From contig JBCBUK010000007.1 in NCBI GenBank assembly GCA_039818205.1, positions 64,001-128,000 of the forward strand: a stretch of 64,000 nt of DNA. Reading direction: 5' to 3'. Both the position numbers and the translations under genes were made by a program. Positions 18,295 to 28,400 of this stretch are shown here, piece by piece. The notes below the pieces were generated by a model. That model had not been told where the DNA came from. It saw only the letters and a program-made list of their open reading frames with translations, and searched no databases. Numbering within the stretch: the stretch's first letter is position 1; each line of letters starts with the position of its first letter. The stretch is from Verrucomicrobiota bacterium. GTDB taxonomy: Bacteria; Verrucomicrobiota; Verrucomicrobiia; Opitutales; Cerasicoccaceae.

Positions 18295-20394
18295 TCAAAC
18301 GCCTCGAAGATAAACCACGCGGGAGTTGTGGACACCAAGCTCAACGGGAATATCCTGCGTCCATACCTTGTTCCCAATCGAGAATACCAGGGTGACGCTT
18401 TCAAGAGACTCCAGCAAGGCCTGATACTCTGACTCACTAAGATCCGTGCGCTCCTCTGAGATCAAGTTGAAGCGATCGATCATGAGTCGAAATGAAACCC
18501 GATCATTACGGAACTTTCGAAACACGAGCCGCCGGATGCCGGATTCTCGGCTGAAGTAATTATACAACCAGGAACTCGTTCGAGCCAAACCTGCCGATAT
18601 TTCCTGTGTCCAGATCGTATACTGCTTGAGCGAGTCATCTTCATTTGGATTGTTTGCCATCAGGTTGACGGTCACCTCCTCATCGGCGGGAATTTCAAAA
18701 TCGACTCCCTCATCGAGCTCTCCGGAGATGGCGACGCGATCGCGGTCTTGAATGCGGCTATTCACATACCCAGTCAAACGGCATAGGCGCACATTCATCC
18801 CGTTGATTACCTCAGCAACCTGAACGATCTGCATCATGCCAAGCTCTTCATGATCGAGCAGGTGGCAATGCGCCACAAACTTGCCTACGAAGTCTTCAAA
18901 GCGGGTTCGGAACTTGATACTTCCACCACCAGTCACCGTAAAGGTATCATACCAAACGGGAGTATCTAAAGTCTCTCCATTGACCTCAATCAGCATGTAG
19001 GGGTTCTGGTGAATATGAAAATTGTGATCTTCGTCTGCGCTATTTGTAATCGTCCATTCTTCAACGGCACCCAACTGAATAATATGATCGATACGGCTTG
19101 GGTCCAACAGGCGACCATCCATCTGAAACTCGAGCCCGTTGATTTCGTCATCGACCGTGTTTAGATCAACCGTCCGGGTATTCTCGACCTCACTCGCATC
19201 AATATTGGTTACCTGGACCGGCAGAGTCTCGGGAAGAGGCATGTCGACCGGATCACCCTCGACAATGACTTTCACAAGATTGAGTGCATCCCAAGTCGGT
19301 TCATCATCCGTTGTTGAACGAGGTGCATACGCACCTTTTTGCAAGTAATAGGTTCCCGGTGTATCTGACTTCCAGAGAATCTCGATTCTCTGGCCTGGAG
19401 AAAGCAGGTAATCAGTTTCTTCACGCGGCTCCGCAAACGTGATATTGTCAGTCGCAATCGCGTAGTAGGTTAGATTCTCCGAGCCATCTTCGTTGGTCAT
19501 GTTGATCGGAACAAAGAGCGTTCCCGCCGCATTCGCAATTCGCCAACGAACTAACTCACCGGGTTGCACCGTAATCTCTTGGACACTATCCTCGTCATAC
19601 CCCTGAGTGCAATCCGTCGTTCCAGTCATCGCGGTTTGCCCGTTCACCAAGAGCGCATTGACGCAGGTCGGGAAGGCAGCTTCCGGATCATCGGTGTCGG
19701 TAACCGGTTCCTCAACTTCCCAACGTGCGTTGTCATCGTCGTAGGTCAACTCGAGCACCTGCAAGATCAAAGGGATCTCCCGAGCCGCGGCAACCTCCGG
19801 CACATCGTCGAGCGGCCCGGTGATGATGATCGCGCTAGCCATGCCGCTTCTGACCTGCTGGAAAACGCCCCCATGTTTGTGGGGGTGATACCACGCGATG
19901 CCGCCAGGATGATCCTCGGGAATATGAATATTATATTGGAAAGTAGACCCTGGGTTTATCCGGGTAAATACGTTGTCGCCATTACCCAGCGGCGAGACAT
20001 GCATGCCGTGGGTATGAACATTCGTCGTGTTCCATTGGTGTGGTCGATTCGGATTGGTAACCGTTTCACCATCAGTGTTCGGCGGAAGTTGGTTGCGCAA
20101 CAGAAACTCGATCGTATCGCCGGGGTTCACCTTCCATATCGGCCCAGGAATCATCCCCTCAAACGTGCGCGTATAGATCGTGCCTAAGTTCGCTAAAGTA
20201 TTTTCGGCAAACACCACGTTCAAGTCGCCGCCCAGAACGCCATCAACACTTTCCCAAGTCTGCGGGATAATCAGTGGAGGATTGGTAGAAACTACAGCTT
20301 GTCCCAAAAGACGAGTCGGCATATTCAAGCCAACGTATCCAACGCCAACGGCTTTGATAAATGATCGCCGCGAAACACTAGAATTAATATCCAT
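18295..20394 (-). CDS. Tat-exported multicopper oxidase with C-terminal extension
   Basis: SRRSFIK Tat motif; HTHG, WYHPH, HNFHIH, HCHLLDHEELGMM copper ligands. Confidence 0.92.
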   Translation of the reverse strand: MDINSSVSRRSFIKAVGVGYVGLNMPTRLLGQAVVSTNPPLIIPQTWESVDGVLGGDLNVVFAENTLANLGTIYTRTFEGMIPGPIWKVNPGDTIEFLLRNQLPPNTDGETVTNPNRPHQWNTTNVHTHGMHVSPLGNGDNVFTRINPGSTFQYNIHIPEDHPGGIAWYHPHKHGGVFQQVRSGMASAIIITGPLDDVPEVAAAREIPLILQVLELTYDDDNARWEVEEPVTDTDDPEAAFPTCVNALLVNGQTAMTGTTDCTQGYDEDSVQEITVQPGELVRWRIANAAGTLFVPINMTNEDGSENLTYYAIATDNITFAEPREETDYLLSPGQRIEILWKSDTPGTYYLQKGAYAPRSTTDDEPTWDALNLVKVIVEGDPVDMPLPETLPVQVTNIDASEVENTRTVDLNTVDDEINGLEFQMDGRLLDPSRIDHIIQLGAVEEWTITNSADEDHNFHIHQNPYMLIEVNGETLDTPVWYDTFTVTGGGSIKFRTRFEDFVGKFVAHCHLLDHEELGMMQIVQVAEVINGMNVRLCRLTGYVNSRIQDRDRVAISGELDEGVDFEIPADEEVTVNLMANNPNEDDSLKQYTIWTQEISAGLARTSSWLYNYFSRESGIRRLVFRKFRNDRVSFRLMIDRFNLISEERTDLSESEYQALLESLESVTLVFSIGNKVWTQDIPVELGVHNSRVVYLRGV

Positions 20395-20676
20395 TTACTC
20401 TACAATTTTAATTAGATATGAAGCCGCAATCACTACAGCTTTAGGGGGTTAAACGCCACAAATAGAGTGGCTCTCTCTTTAGAGATATTTCACCGATTGA
20501 TACTTATGAAGGCAATATCAAACAACGTAAAAATCATACAAAAATCGACCTAAATCACCTACTGTAAGCTACTTACACCACACCAAGATTAACATTACTT
20601 AATACAATTGAGAAACAGAGCCATCAAGCGGCAGAGTCCACAGGGGTAATCTCCAACTTGAGCCAATTCGCGGACT

Positions 20677-20935
20677 GGTTCGGAGTTTATCGAAAAAAAG
20701 CTGGGCCATTGGCTCAAGCAGAAGAATACCGATGCGCTCTACCTCGAACCAGGCATTCCTTGTCAACATGGCTCAATCGAATCCTTCAATTCCGGCTTGA
20801 GTGAAGCGTGCCTCAATCGCGAACGGCTCTACAGGCTTACTGAAGTCCGAGTAAAAATTGAAGACTAGGGCCGGAAATACAATCACATCGGCCCCATCGA
20901 TCACTATGGCTGCCTCACGCCACTTGAACTCTCAA
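20677..20935 (+). pseudogene. IS3-family transposase (integrase core) relic
   Basis: Manual translation GSEFIEKKLGHWLKQKNTDALYLEPGIPCQHGSIESFNSGLSEACLNRE...VKIED*GRKYNHIGP matches the IS3 OrfB pattern GPEF...[26 protein letters not shown]...W...YN..RP; internal stop; not in the ORF track. Confidence 0.8.
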
Positions 20936-21348
20936 AAATCGAAATTTTCCAGCCAGATCAAATTGAACAGTGGAACAGTTTGGGTAACTCGATCCCATTG
21001 GTAACTCTCCGATCCGAAGTGAACGAATTACCTAGGGCCGGTTCATTAAGTTTTCTTAGAATGGCCCCAAAAAGATTACTTTTCAGATACTAGAATCCTG
21101 ATCTTGAGCGATCATTTAAATTGTCCCTTCACCATCAATTTTCCCTAGGTGATATCGATAACCTATTATATTATTTTCCGTTTAGATTTTTTAAATTTTG
21201 TTAATAACTTATAGTTGCTATTAAAACTGACTTAGCGATTTTGAAGGCTCCTCCACTACACTACGATCACTCCAGCAGTGCTGTTGATTGAGTGTATAAT
21301 CAAGATGAACTTCTGTGGTTCATCTAAAACCAAAGAATAAGAAATCAA

Positions 21349-22311
21349 ATGTCACTCAACTGGATTACCAAAAGCATGTACGACGGTGACGTCGCAACAT
21401 TCACCTTCAACGAGCCAATCGATTCTTACTTTGTAGCCATTCGCGGCTATCAACTCGCATTTAGCGGGCACGATCATCACGTAAAGGATATCGAGGTCTC
21501 AATGGCACCCAGCAAAATTTCCGAAACCCAAGTGCAGGTACGCGCTTCGCTTAACCTCGATGATAGTAGCGGCAACAGCGGATACCGCGACTATACCTGG
21601 GCATTTGTTACCGTTGTTGCGCTAGGCAAGCAAAGTTCATCCGCGGGTAATTTGGAACAAATCACCAGTCTTTGCGCGGGTCCGGCTAGTACCCAAATGA
21701 GCTCAACCGTTGAGGCTGCAGCCTCTGCCCTCGGATCCTTTAAATACGCTTTCAGCAAGGACCATCACGTCCAAAAGACCAGTGCATCGGTCTCTTCCAA
21801 AGCTAGCGATCAGATCGTTACTACGCAAGGAAGCGTCATGATGGAAGATAAGTCCGATAACAGCGCAGATTGCAAAAAACTGGAAGCTGGTTTGATCGCA
21901 ACCTTCCTGAACCAACCCGGTTTCGAGATCCGTTTTGCGGATTTCAACCTCGGTTCGACTAACTACGGCAAGGACAACAACAAGACCACCGTAACCTTTG
22001 AACACGATGTTCGGGATGCCGTCGCCCTATTGGCTTCCTATAAGATGAGCTATGGGTCGAAGGACCATCACCTGAAGGGCATCAAAGCCGGAAACATGAA
22101 GTATGATTCCGGGAATAATAGCTACTCGACCAGCGGCGCGATCGAAATCAACGGAAAGGATGTCACCGTCATCAATAACGAAACGATGCATGACAATAGC
22201 AGTCACCAATCCAATGATAATCAAGCAACGTTTCTCGTAATCGCGGCAACCGACTCAGACACTGGAGAACTCAAGGATCTTGGCGGACTCAGAGCTTCAA
22301 CGATCGAATAA
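21349..22311 (+). CDS. Hypothetical protein with three internal DHH(V/L) repeats (possibly H-type-lectin-like)
   Basis: GYQLAFSGHDHHVK, SFKYAFSKDHHVQ, SYKMSYGSKDHHLK, each followed by a DxSxN/H motif; no signal peptide. Confidence 0.8.
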   Translation: MSLNWITKSMYDGDVATFTFNEPIDSYFVAIRGYQLAFSGHDHHVKDIEVSMAPSKISETQVQVRASLNLDDSSGNSGYRDYTWAFVTVVALGKQSSSAGNLEQITSLCAGPASTQMSSTVEAAASALGSFKYAFSKDHHVQKTSASVSSKASDQIVTTQGSVMMEDKSDNSADCKKLEAGLIATFLNQPGFEIRFADFNLGSTNYGKDNNKTTVTFEHDVRDAVALLASYKMSYGSKDHHLKGIKAGNMKYDSGNNSYSTSGAIEINGKDVTVINNETMHDNSSHQSNDNQATFLVIAATDSDTGELKDLGGLRASTIE

Positions 22312-22327
22312 TCTCTCCCGCTAGTGA

Positions 22328-22415
22328 AAACGGGCGCGGCCCCAACCGGCCGCGGCCGTTTATCCATACGGATGTTACTGAGCCACACCTTGGCAGTTTT
22401 GGTGCGGTGTGGCTT
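22328..22415 (+). other. Two intergenic hairpins between the DHH-repeat gene and the RHS gene
   Basis: AAACGG.CGCGGCC/GGCCGCG.CCGTTT (~22328-22361) and AGCCACACC/GGTGTGGCT (~22381-22414). Confidence 0.5.
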
Positions 22416-22495
22416 GGTATCCATCTTTTGCTGAGCAACCCACACATCCATCACGCACTGACTACAATCTCAACACACTACTATTCATATCCGCC

Positions 22496-25400
22496 ATGAG
22501 CAGCTCCGGTTCCAACCCATCCATTCCTGCAATTCGATATTTTCAAATGGGAGACAGCCAGTCTCCGTTCAAGGACAGTGTTAACCTCTTTCGGGGCGAT
22601 ATTAACTGGAGCCTCAATGTGGTATCCATGCCTGCACGTAAGAGCGTGGGCGACCTCGGGGTCAACATCTCCGCGGCCTACCAAAGTCACGTTACCGACG
22701 AAGTGGAGCTCGTAAACCTTACCAATCCAACGAGCCCACTTGGCGTGGGCTGGTCGATGCCGGAAGACAAAATTTCACTCACGTCCGATGCCTCCCTTGC
22801 GATCGCCGCGCGCCAGTATTCCATGGAGAGTAATTCTACTTCGGGTACGCTGATCCTGACCAAGGTTGATGGTGCCTGCTACTACTATCAGCTTTCCAAC
22901 TACCAACCTTGGCTCATTGTTTACGATGCCGATGCAAATCAGTGGACGGTTACCCACGAAGATGGACTCGTCTACATTTATGGGGGTGGCGTTGACCAAA
23001 CCGGTGACGGCTACAACACCAGTGCGGGCAACAGTATCGCTTGGGGTGTCCGCTATGGGAACTGGACTGGAAGCACCAGCCTGACCCCTGCTCTATCCGC
23101 ATCTGCCAAGCCGGAGCAGTTTGCGCAAGAATGGCATTTGGTGCGTATCGAAAACCCTTGGGCCGATACCGTTACCTACGAATACAACAACTTTGAACGC
23201 ACCGGCGACGGTCTCCTTAAAGATGTCGAACAGTTCGTCGGCGACCCGTCAGGTCTTCCCTACACCAAAGCCGTTTACTTAACTGGGGTTACTGATGTAT
23301 TTGGACGGAAGGCGACGTTCCACTACGAAGAAAAGACCTTCGACGATAGTTCTGACGAGGCCCCCAAGGAATTCCAGGCGAGTCATACTGCCACTCCCAA
23401 TAACACCGATCCGAATGCCTACCAGGATCGCTATCAGACCAAGTACCTCGACCGCATTGAACTCGTCGATACCGATGGAGAACCCAATGGTTCCGTCAAG
23501 TTTGACTACTATCCGTTGCAAAATCTTACGACTGAGACCGGGCTCCAGAAAGGCGCGACTTACAAGCGCTACCTCAAATCGATCACCCATAAAACTCCGG
23601 CGGGCATACCCATGCCGGGCTATACTTTTACCTACGGGTGGGATGGCCAAGGAGCAGCGAACAATCCGGGAGCAATCTCAACTATTACCAGCGCAGCGGG
23701 CGGCGTCGCGGGCTACAGCTATGGCGAACAATCACTCGATATATGCAAGCGCGATTTCAAAGTCGATCCACCATCAGATGCCATCATCGGTTCGGGAGAT
23801 CCCATTCCGCGCGTTTGGTTTGGTAACGACTATGCGATCGTAACCTGGTTCAACCCACTGAACAGCAAAGTTTGGCTCGGTGCCTATACTTGGGTTGGCT
23901 ACTGGAAGGAGTGGACGCCCGAAAACCCAATCATATCCGAAGGCGTTTCAACGCTTGATCTCGACAGCATGATCGCATTGCCCGAGTCACAGTGCTTCGG
24001 CTTTTCGTTCAACGACACCAATTCAACCTCCTTATTCTTGTTCAGCCGAGACCCACGGGTGACCGGAGGGTGGAAGGCATGCCCTCAAAACACGCAGGGG
24101 GCCCTATCCTTCAACACCACAGCCGTCAGCTATGCCGCAGGCAATACCTTCATTCTGGCCAGCGCCACTGACCAAAGAAACAATCAAACTAGCCTGACGC
24201 GGATCAATTGGGACTGGGCGCAAGACGATTGGCAGATTGACCAAGACTTCAAGCAAACCGGCGACTTGGTATCGATCGCTGGCTCTGGCGAATACTACGC
24301 GATCACGCAGTGGAATCGTCAGCAAACGACAACCTTTGAGCTATCCTATCATACCCGAGACGCCGCTGGTGCGGTAGTCTGGAATACTTCTGCGGGCCCG
24401 TCGATCGAGAACACTGTTCCGAGCGACCACAAGACTATCCAGTTGGCAACGGGTAGCTCGACGCTGGCAGTCGTCATTCCCACCAGTACAACGAATCAGT
24501 CCACGACCCTAGGCTTATGGATCTACCAATGGGATGAAACCTACACCCTCAGCCAAACCTACCAGGATTCGATCGCTCAGAACCATACACCGAATGGCGC
24601 GGTTCCCTATGGACTCAGCCCACACGTCATCGACAACACTACGGTCGCCTCAGGCGGATTCCTGTTTCGCTACAATGGCGAATCGTGGTTGAAGAACCAA
24701 GAATTTGTCGTCAACAATCCATCAGACAAGAACCTCTACTGGATGGCATATGGTCCCGACTACACCATTCAAACCGTGAATGGCCCGTCGGGCATTACCG
24801 TGAACCTCCTGGCATTTGATCCCGATGACCAGGCGCAAATTGTCTCGTGGGATAACGACCCAATCCAACCGTTACCACTACCAACAACCCCACCTGAACA
24901 GCCGCAGCAGAAGTATCACCCAAGTGCCGGGGGCGGCGACTACTTCACGTCCGGCAATGCCATCTATTTTCGTGGAACGGCAAGCGACTGGGTTTCCTCA
25001 ACCCAAGCTCCCATATTTACGATTGCAGAGGACATCAACACGACGTCGATCATCGACCAGGCGCCAGGTTTTCTCGTCTACCTCATGCCCGATCCGCTGG
25101 ACTACTCCAAGACAAAGACCGTACTGCTCGTTTTGAATAACCAGCAAGTGGTGGGTCTAGGTACCGTCCTAGATGGGACAACCTACAGTCTGCAGGGCAG
25201 TTCGGGCACGGCTTCTAGCGGCACGAATGCCTTCTTCACATTTCCAGCAGCGGGCTCCTATGGCAACCTCGATAAAGCCTCGTCCATCACGCTCTATCGC
25301 TTCGCCGGTGACGATATTATGGGGCCAATCGAACACAACCCGGTTGAGACACTTTCCATTGATAACGGCTACGGTGAAACCCAACCAATCAGCTACTTCT

Positions 25401-28400
25401 TTGATCCGGCCAGTGCAGCCTGTGACGTAACCGGCAAGGTGGTTCAATACTATACATCGACCGAATTTCCAGGATCGGCGACCGTAAATCAGGCTCCTTA
25501 TGGGTCTCGGGTGACCTACTATCTCAATAGCCAAAATAACGATCAGGCCATTGATTACTATATCAACGGCTCGCCCATCACCTCCCAGCTGCTGGATCCA
25601 GCGCTCAACGGTCTGCAGCAGAAAGTGATCACCAAAGATGCCAATGACCAAACCCTCTCCAGCAAGGAATACACTTGGGGGATCTATACCATCCGCAACT
25701 CGAGCCCGACCACACCCGATGCGACACCAGAAAACCTCTTCGGCAGCTATTCCCAACAGCAAGTCGTTACCACCACTCAAGACGGTGTCGCCTCTACAAC
25801 AACCTACGACTACATACCCATCGGTTTCCCGGCTCCCTATTCCGGGCAACCAATTACGCAGTCCGAAACGAACTTCAATGGTCAAGGCGAGCCACAGAAT
25901 TTCGTAACGGCTTATCGCTACGGCTATGAAATCTATCCGGAATTTGCGGCTGGAAACGCACTGAAAACGGTTGTTCAAACGACACAGACGGTCAGCACGG
26001 ATGGCGGTCCGCCCGTCACCATCAGTGTAACCGTCTCTACCTGGAAGAACCATGGTGGAACCAAATGGGCCACTTATCAAAGTATCTCCTGGAACGGTGC
26101 GAGCGACATCAATTTCCCGTTCCCGACAAACGATTCGGTGCCTGCAGGCTGGATCCAGAACAATGCCAACACCCAAGTCAGTGCCAAGGGGCAACCGATT
26201 GAAATGGTCGACACGCAAGGTCGTCCCAACTCTGTTGTGTTTGACGCCAACCTCGAATACACGACCGCTCAGTTTCAGAATGCTTCTGTCGCTGGCGAAG
26301 AGGCCAACTATTGGGGATTTGAATCCAATGAATCCAACCCAGGATGGACACTCGACGATCCGGCAACGATCGTTTCCGACAACGGCTACACTGGTTACCG
26401 TAGCCTCCAAATCAATCAAGGCGGATCGATTGCTCGCACATTTACTCCGAGCAATCAGGACCGAGACTACGTCTACGGTGTCTGGTATAAAACACCAAGC
26501 AGCTACGAAGAATCAGCGGCATCCGCAATCACCTTATCCATTGAGGGCGGTAGCCAACCGACCTCGGTCACCGCTCCGTTTGTTGCAACAGATAACACTT
26601 GGCAACTCCTCTATGTTGTCATGCCACTTTCCTCACTCAATGACGAAGCACCGTTGACAATCAATGCCTCTGCCACCAACGCGGCAAGCCAGCCCGTCTA
26701 CATCGATAGCATTCGCTTTCTGCCGGAGGGCATTAACTTCTCTAGCTACACTTACGAACTCGCACAAGGACAGGTTCTCACTCAAACTGCTAACGGCAAA
26801 CAAGTCGACCGCGTGATCTATGACCAGTTCGGTCAAAACCTGGCAACCGGCGGCTCCTACGAGGATAACTTTAACACCGCAAATCCCAAATTCTCCTCGC
26901 GCCAAATCAATGGAACCTTCGACCCAGCGGAGCCGAATGCGCAGATTCGTATTCAACCACTTAGCGGGGGCAAATCCAATACGTTCTTTGACAACGACAC
27001 CTGGAAATCCACTTGGACCGGCTCCAATGCAGATACGAATTTCGTTGCCGGTGGTGGCCTACTTCAGCACACGAGCGCGACTGAAAGCGATACCCTCACC
27101 CTAAACGATGCGTCGGGAGTCGCGCATAGTACGCTGCTCTTCGAGTTAGCGGGGCCGACCCCCGTTGATGCCTTCGCACCGACCACACCGCTAGGCATTG
27201 CAATCGGCGAAGATACGCAGATGATGTGGGATCCATCGTCGTCTGCCTGGTCATTCACAGTCGCTGGCCAGCCGGTCGTTCCACTCCATGCAGACTCCGC
27301 AACACCGCTTACTTGGTGTTTGGTAGCGCTCGCGAGTAGCGTTCACCTATTCATCAATGGACGCCTATTACTGAGCTACGATTTACCATCGCCACTCACT
27401 GGCGACTTGAAGATTGTTACTGGCGAGAATCGTTTCGCGTTCCGGTCGTTGTCCTACGGCCTCAAACCACAGCTCGCCGTCAACTACAGCGACGGCCAAA
27501 AACAAGATCGGCAAAGCCAATCACTGGTTGAAGGCAACACCCAAGTATTTCAGTCCATCAATGATGCCGCTGGACAGCAAGTAGCTGTCACCAAAACCGC
27601 GCCTGCACGTTTTAACAACGCCACAGATACCTTGCCCTTACTGGCCTACATCGAGGGGTTCGTCGATGTGACTACGTTCCTCGGAAACCTCGACGGAAGT
27701 GGCGTCATGGACGGCTACGTGAGCGACTACTTTGATGGCTCACATGACAACAGCAACGACCAAGGCTACCCGTATAAGCGCACACGATTTGAAGCGGCTC
27801 CAGACGGGCGCCCCATTGAGCAAGGTCTCCCGGGTAAGGATTATGCAATCATCGATTCCGGAACAACCGACCCATCGTCACGCCCAACAGTTCAATTCGT
27901 GTACTCCAACAACTCGGCAACGACCGTTGCCTCTGCCTCAAGTTTGCCAGGTGGATCCTACACGGTAGTTACGCGTATCGATGAAATGAAAAACTCGCTG
28001 CAAAGCCTAGCCGATCAACAAGGTGACACGGTTTTCAAGGGCGCCGGATCCGCAGCAGAAATATTCTCTCGGCAGGTCACGCTCTTTACTGACACCGGGC
28101 GAACAACGCAGTTATTTCAACCCAATTACAATGACTCCGACCTAACGAACAAAGACCAATTCGTTTCATACAAACGCTACGACCACCTCAGCAACCTCAT
28201 TGAGAGCCAGACTCCCGATCGCGGGAAAACGGAGTTCGTTACCACCGACTCCGGCAAGATCCGCTTCATTCTGGACGGCAATGGCACGGCTCAAGGCTAC
28301 TACGTTTACATCAAGTATGATGGCTTGGATAATGTCATCGAGAAGGGGATCATCAATGGCAGTTGGGATCGAAGCCAGTTACAGTCGGTCGCAAACGATG

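Noticed and set aside
21303..21325. AGATGAAC-N7-GTTCATCT inverted repeat as an SOS box for the RHS locus
   Set aside because: Spacing and orientation match no LexA box I know; it may be an operator or hairpin next to TATAAT at 21295, but one instance is insufficient
22409..22495. N-terminal extensions in the ORF track (also RND to 37648, RlmI-like to 59838, ABC to 62758, AAA from 55126)
   Set aside because: They overlap neighbours or hairpins and precede the family-typical N-termini; downstream ATGs were chosen
25169..26419. 416-aa minus-strand ORF (also 29788..30447)
   Set aside because: Antisense shadows inside the RHS gene with no recognisable motifs
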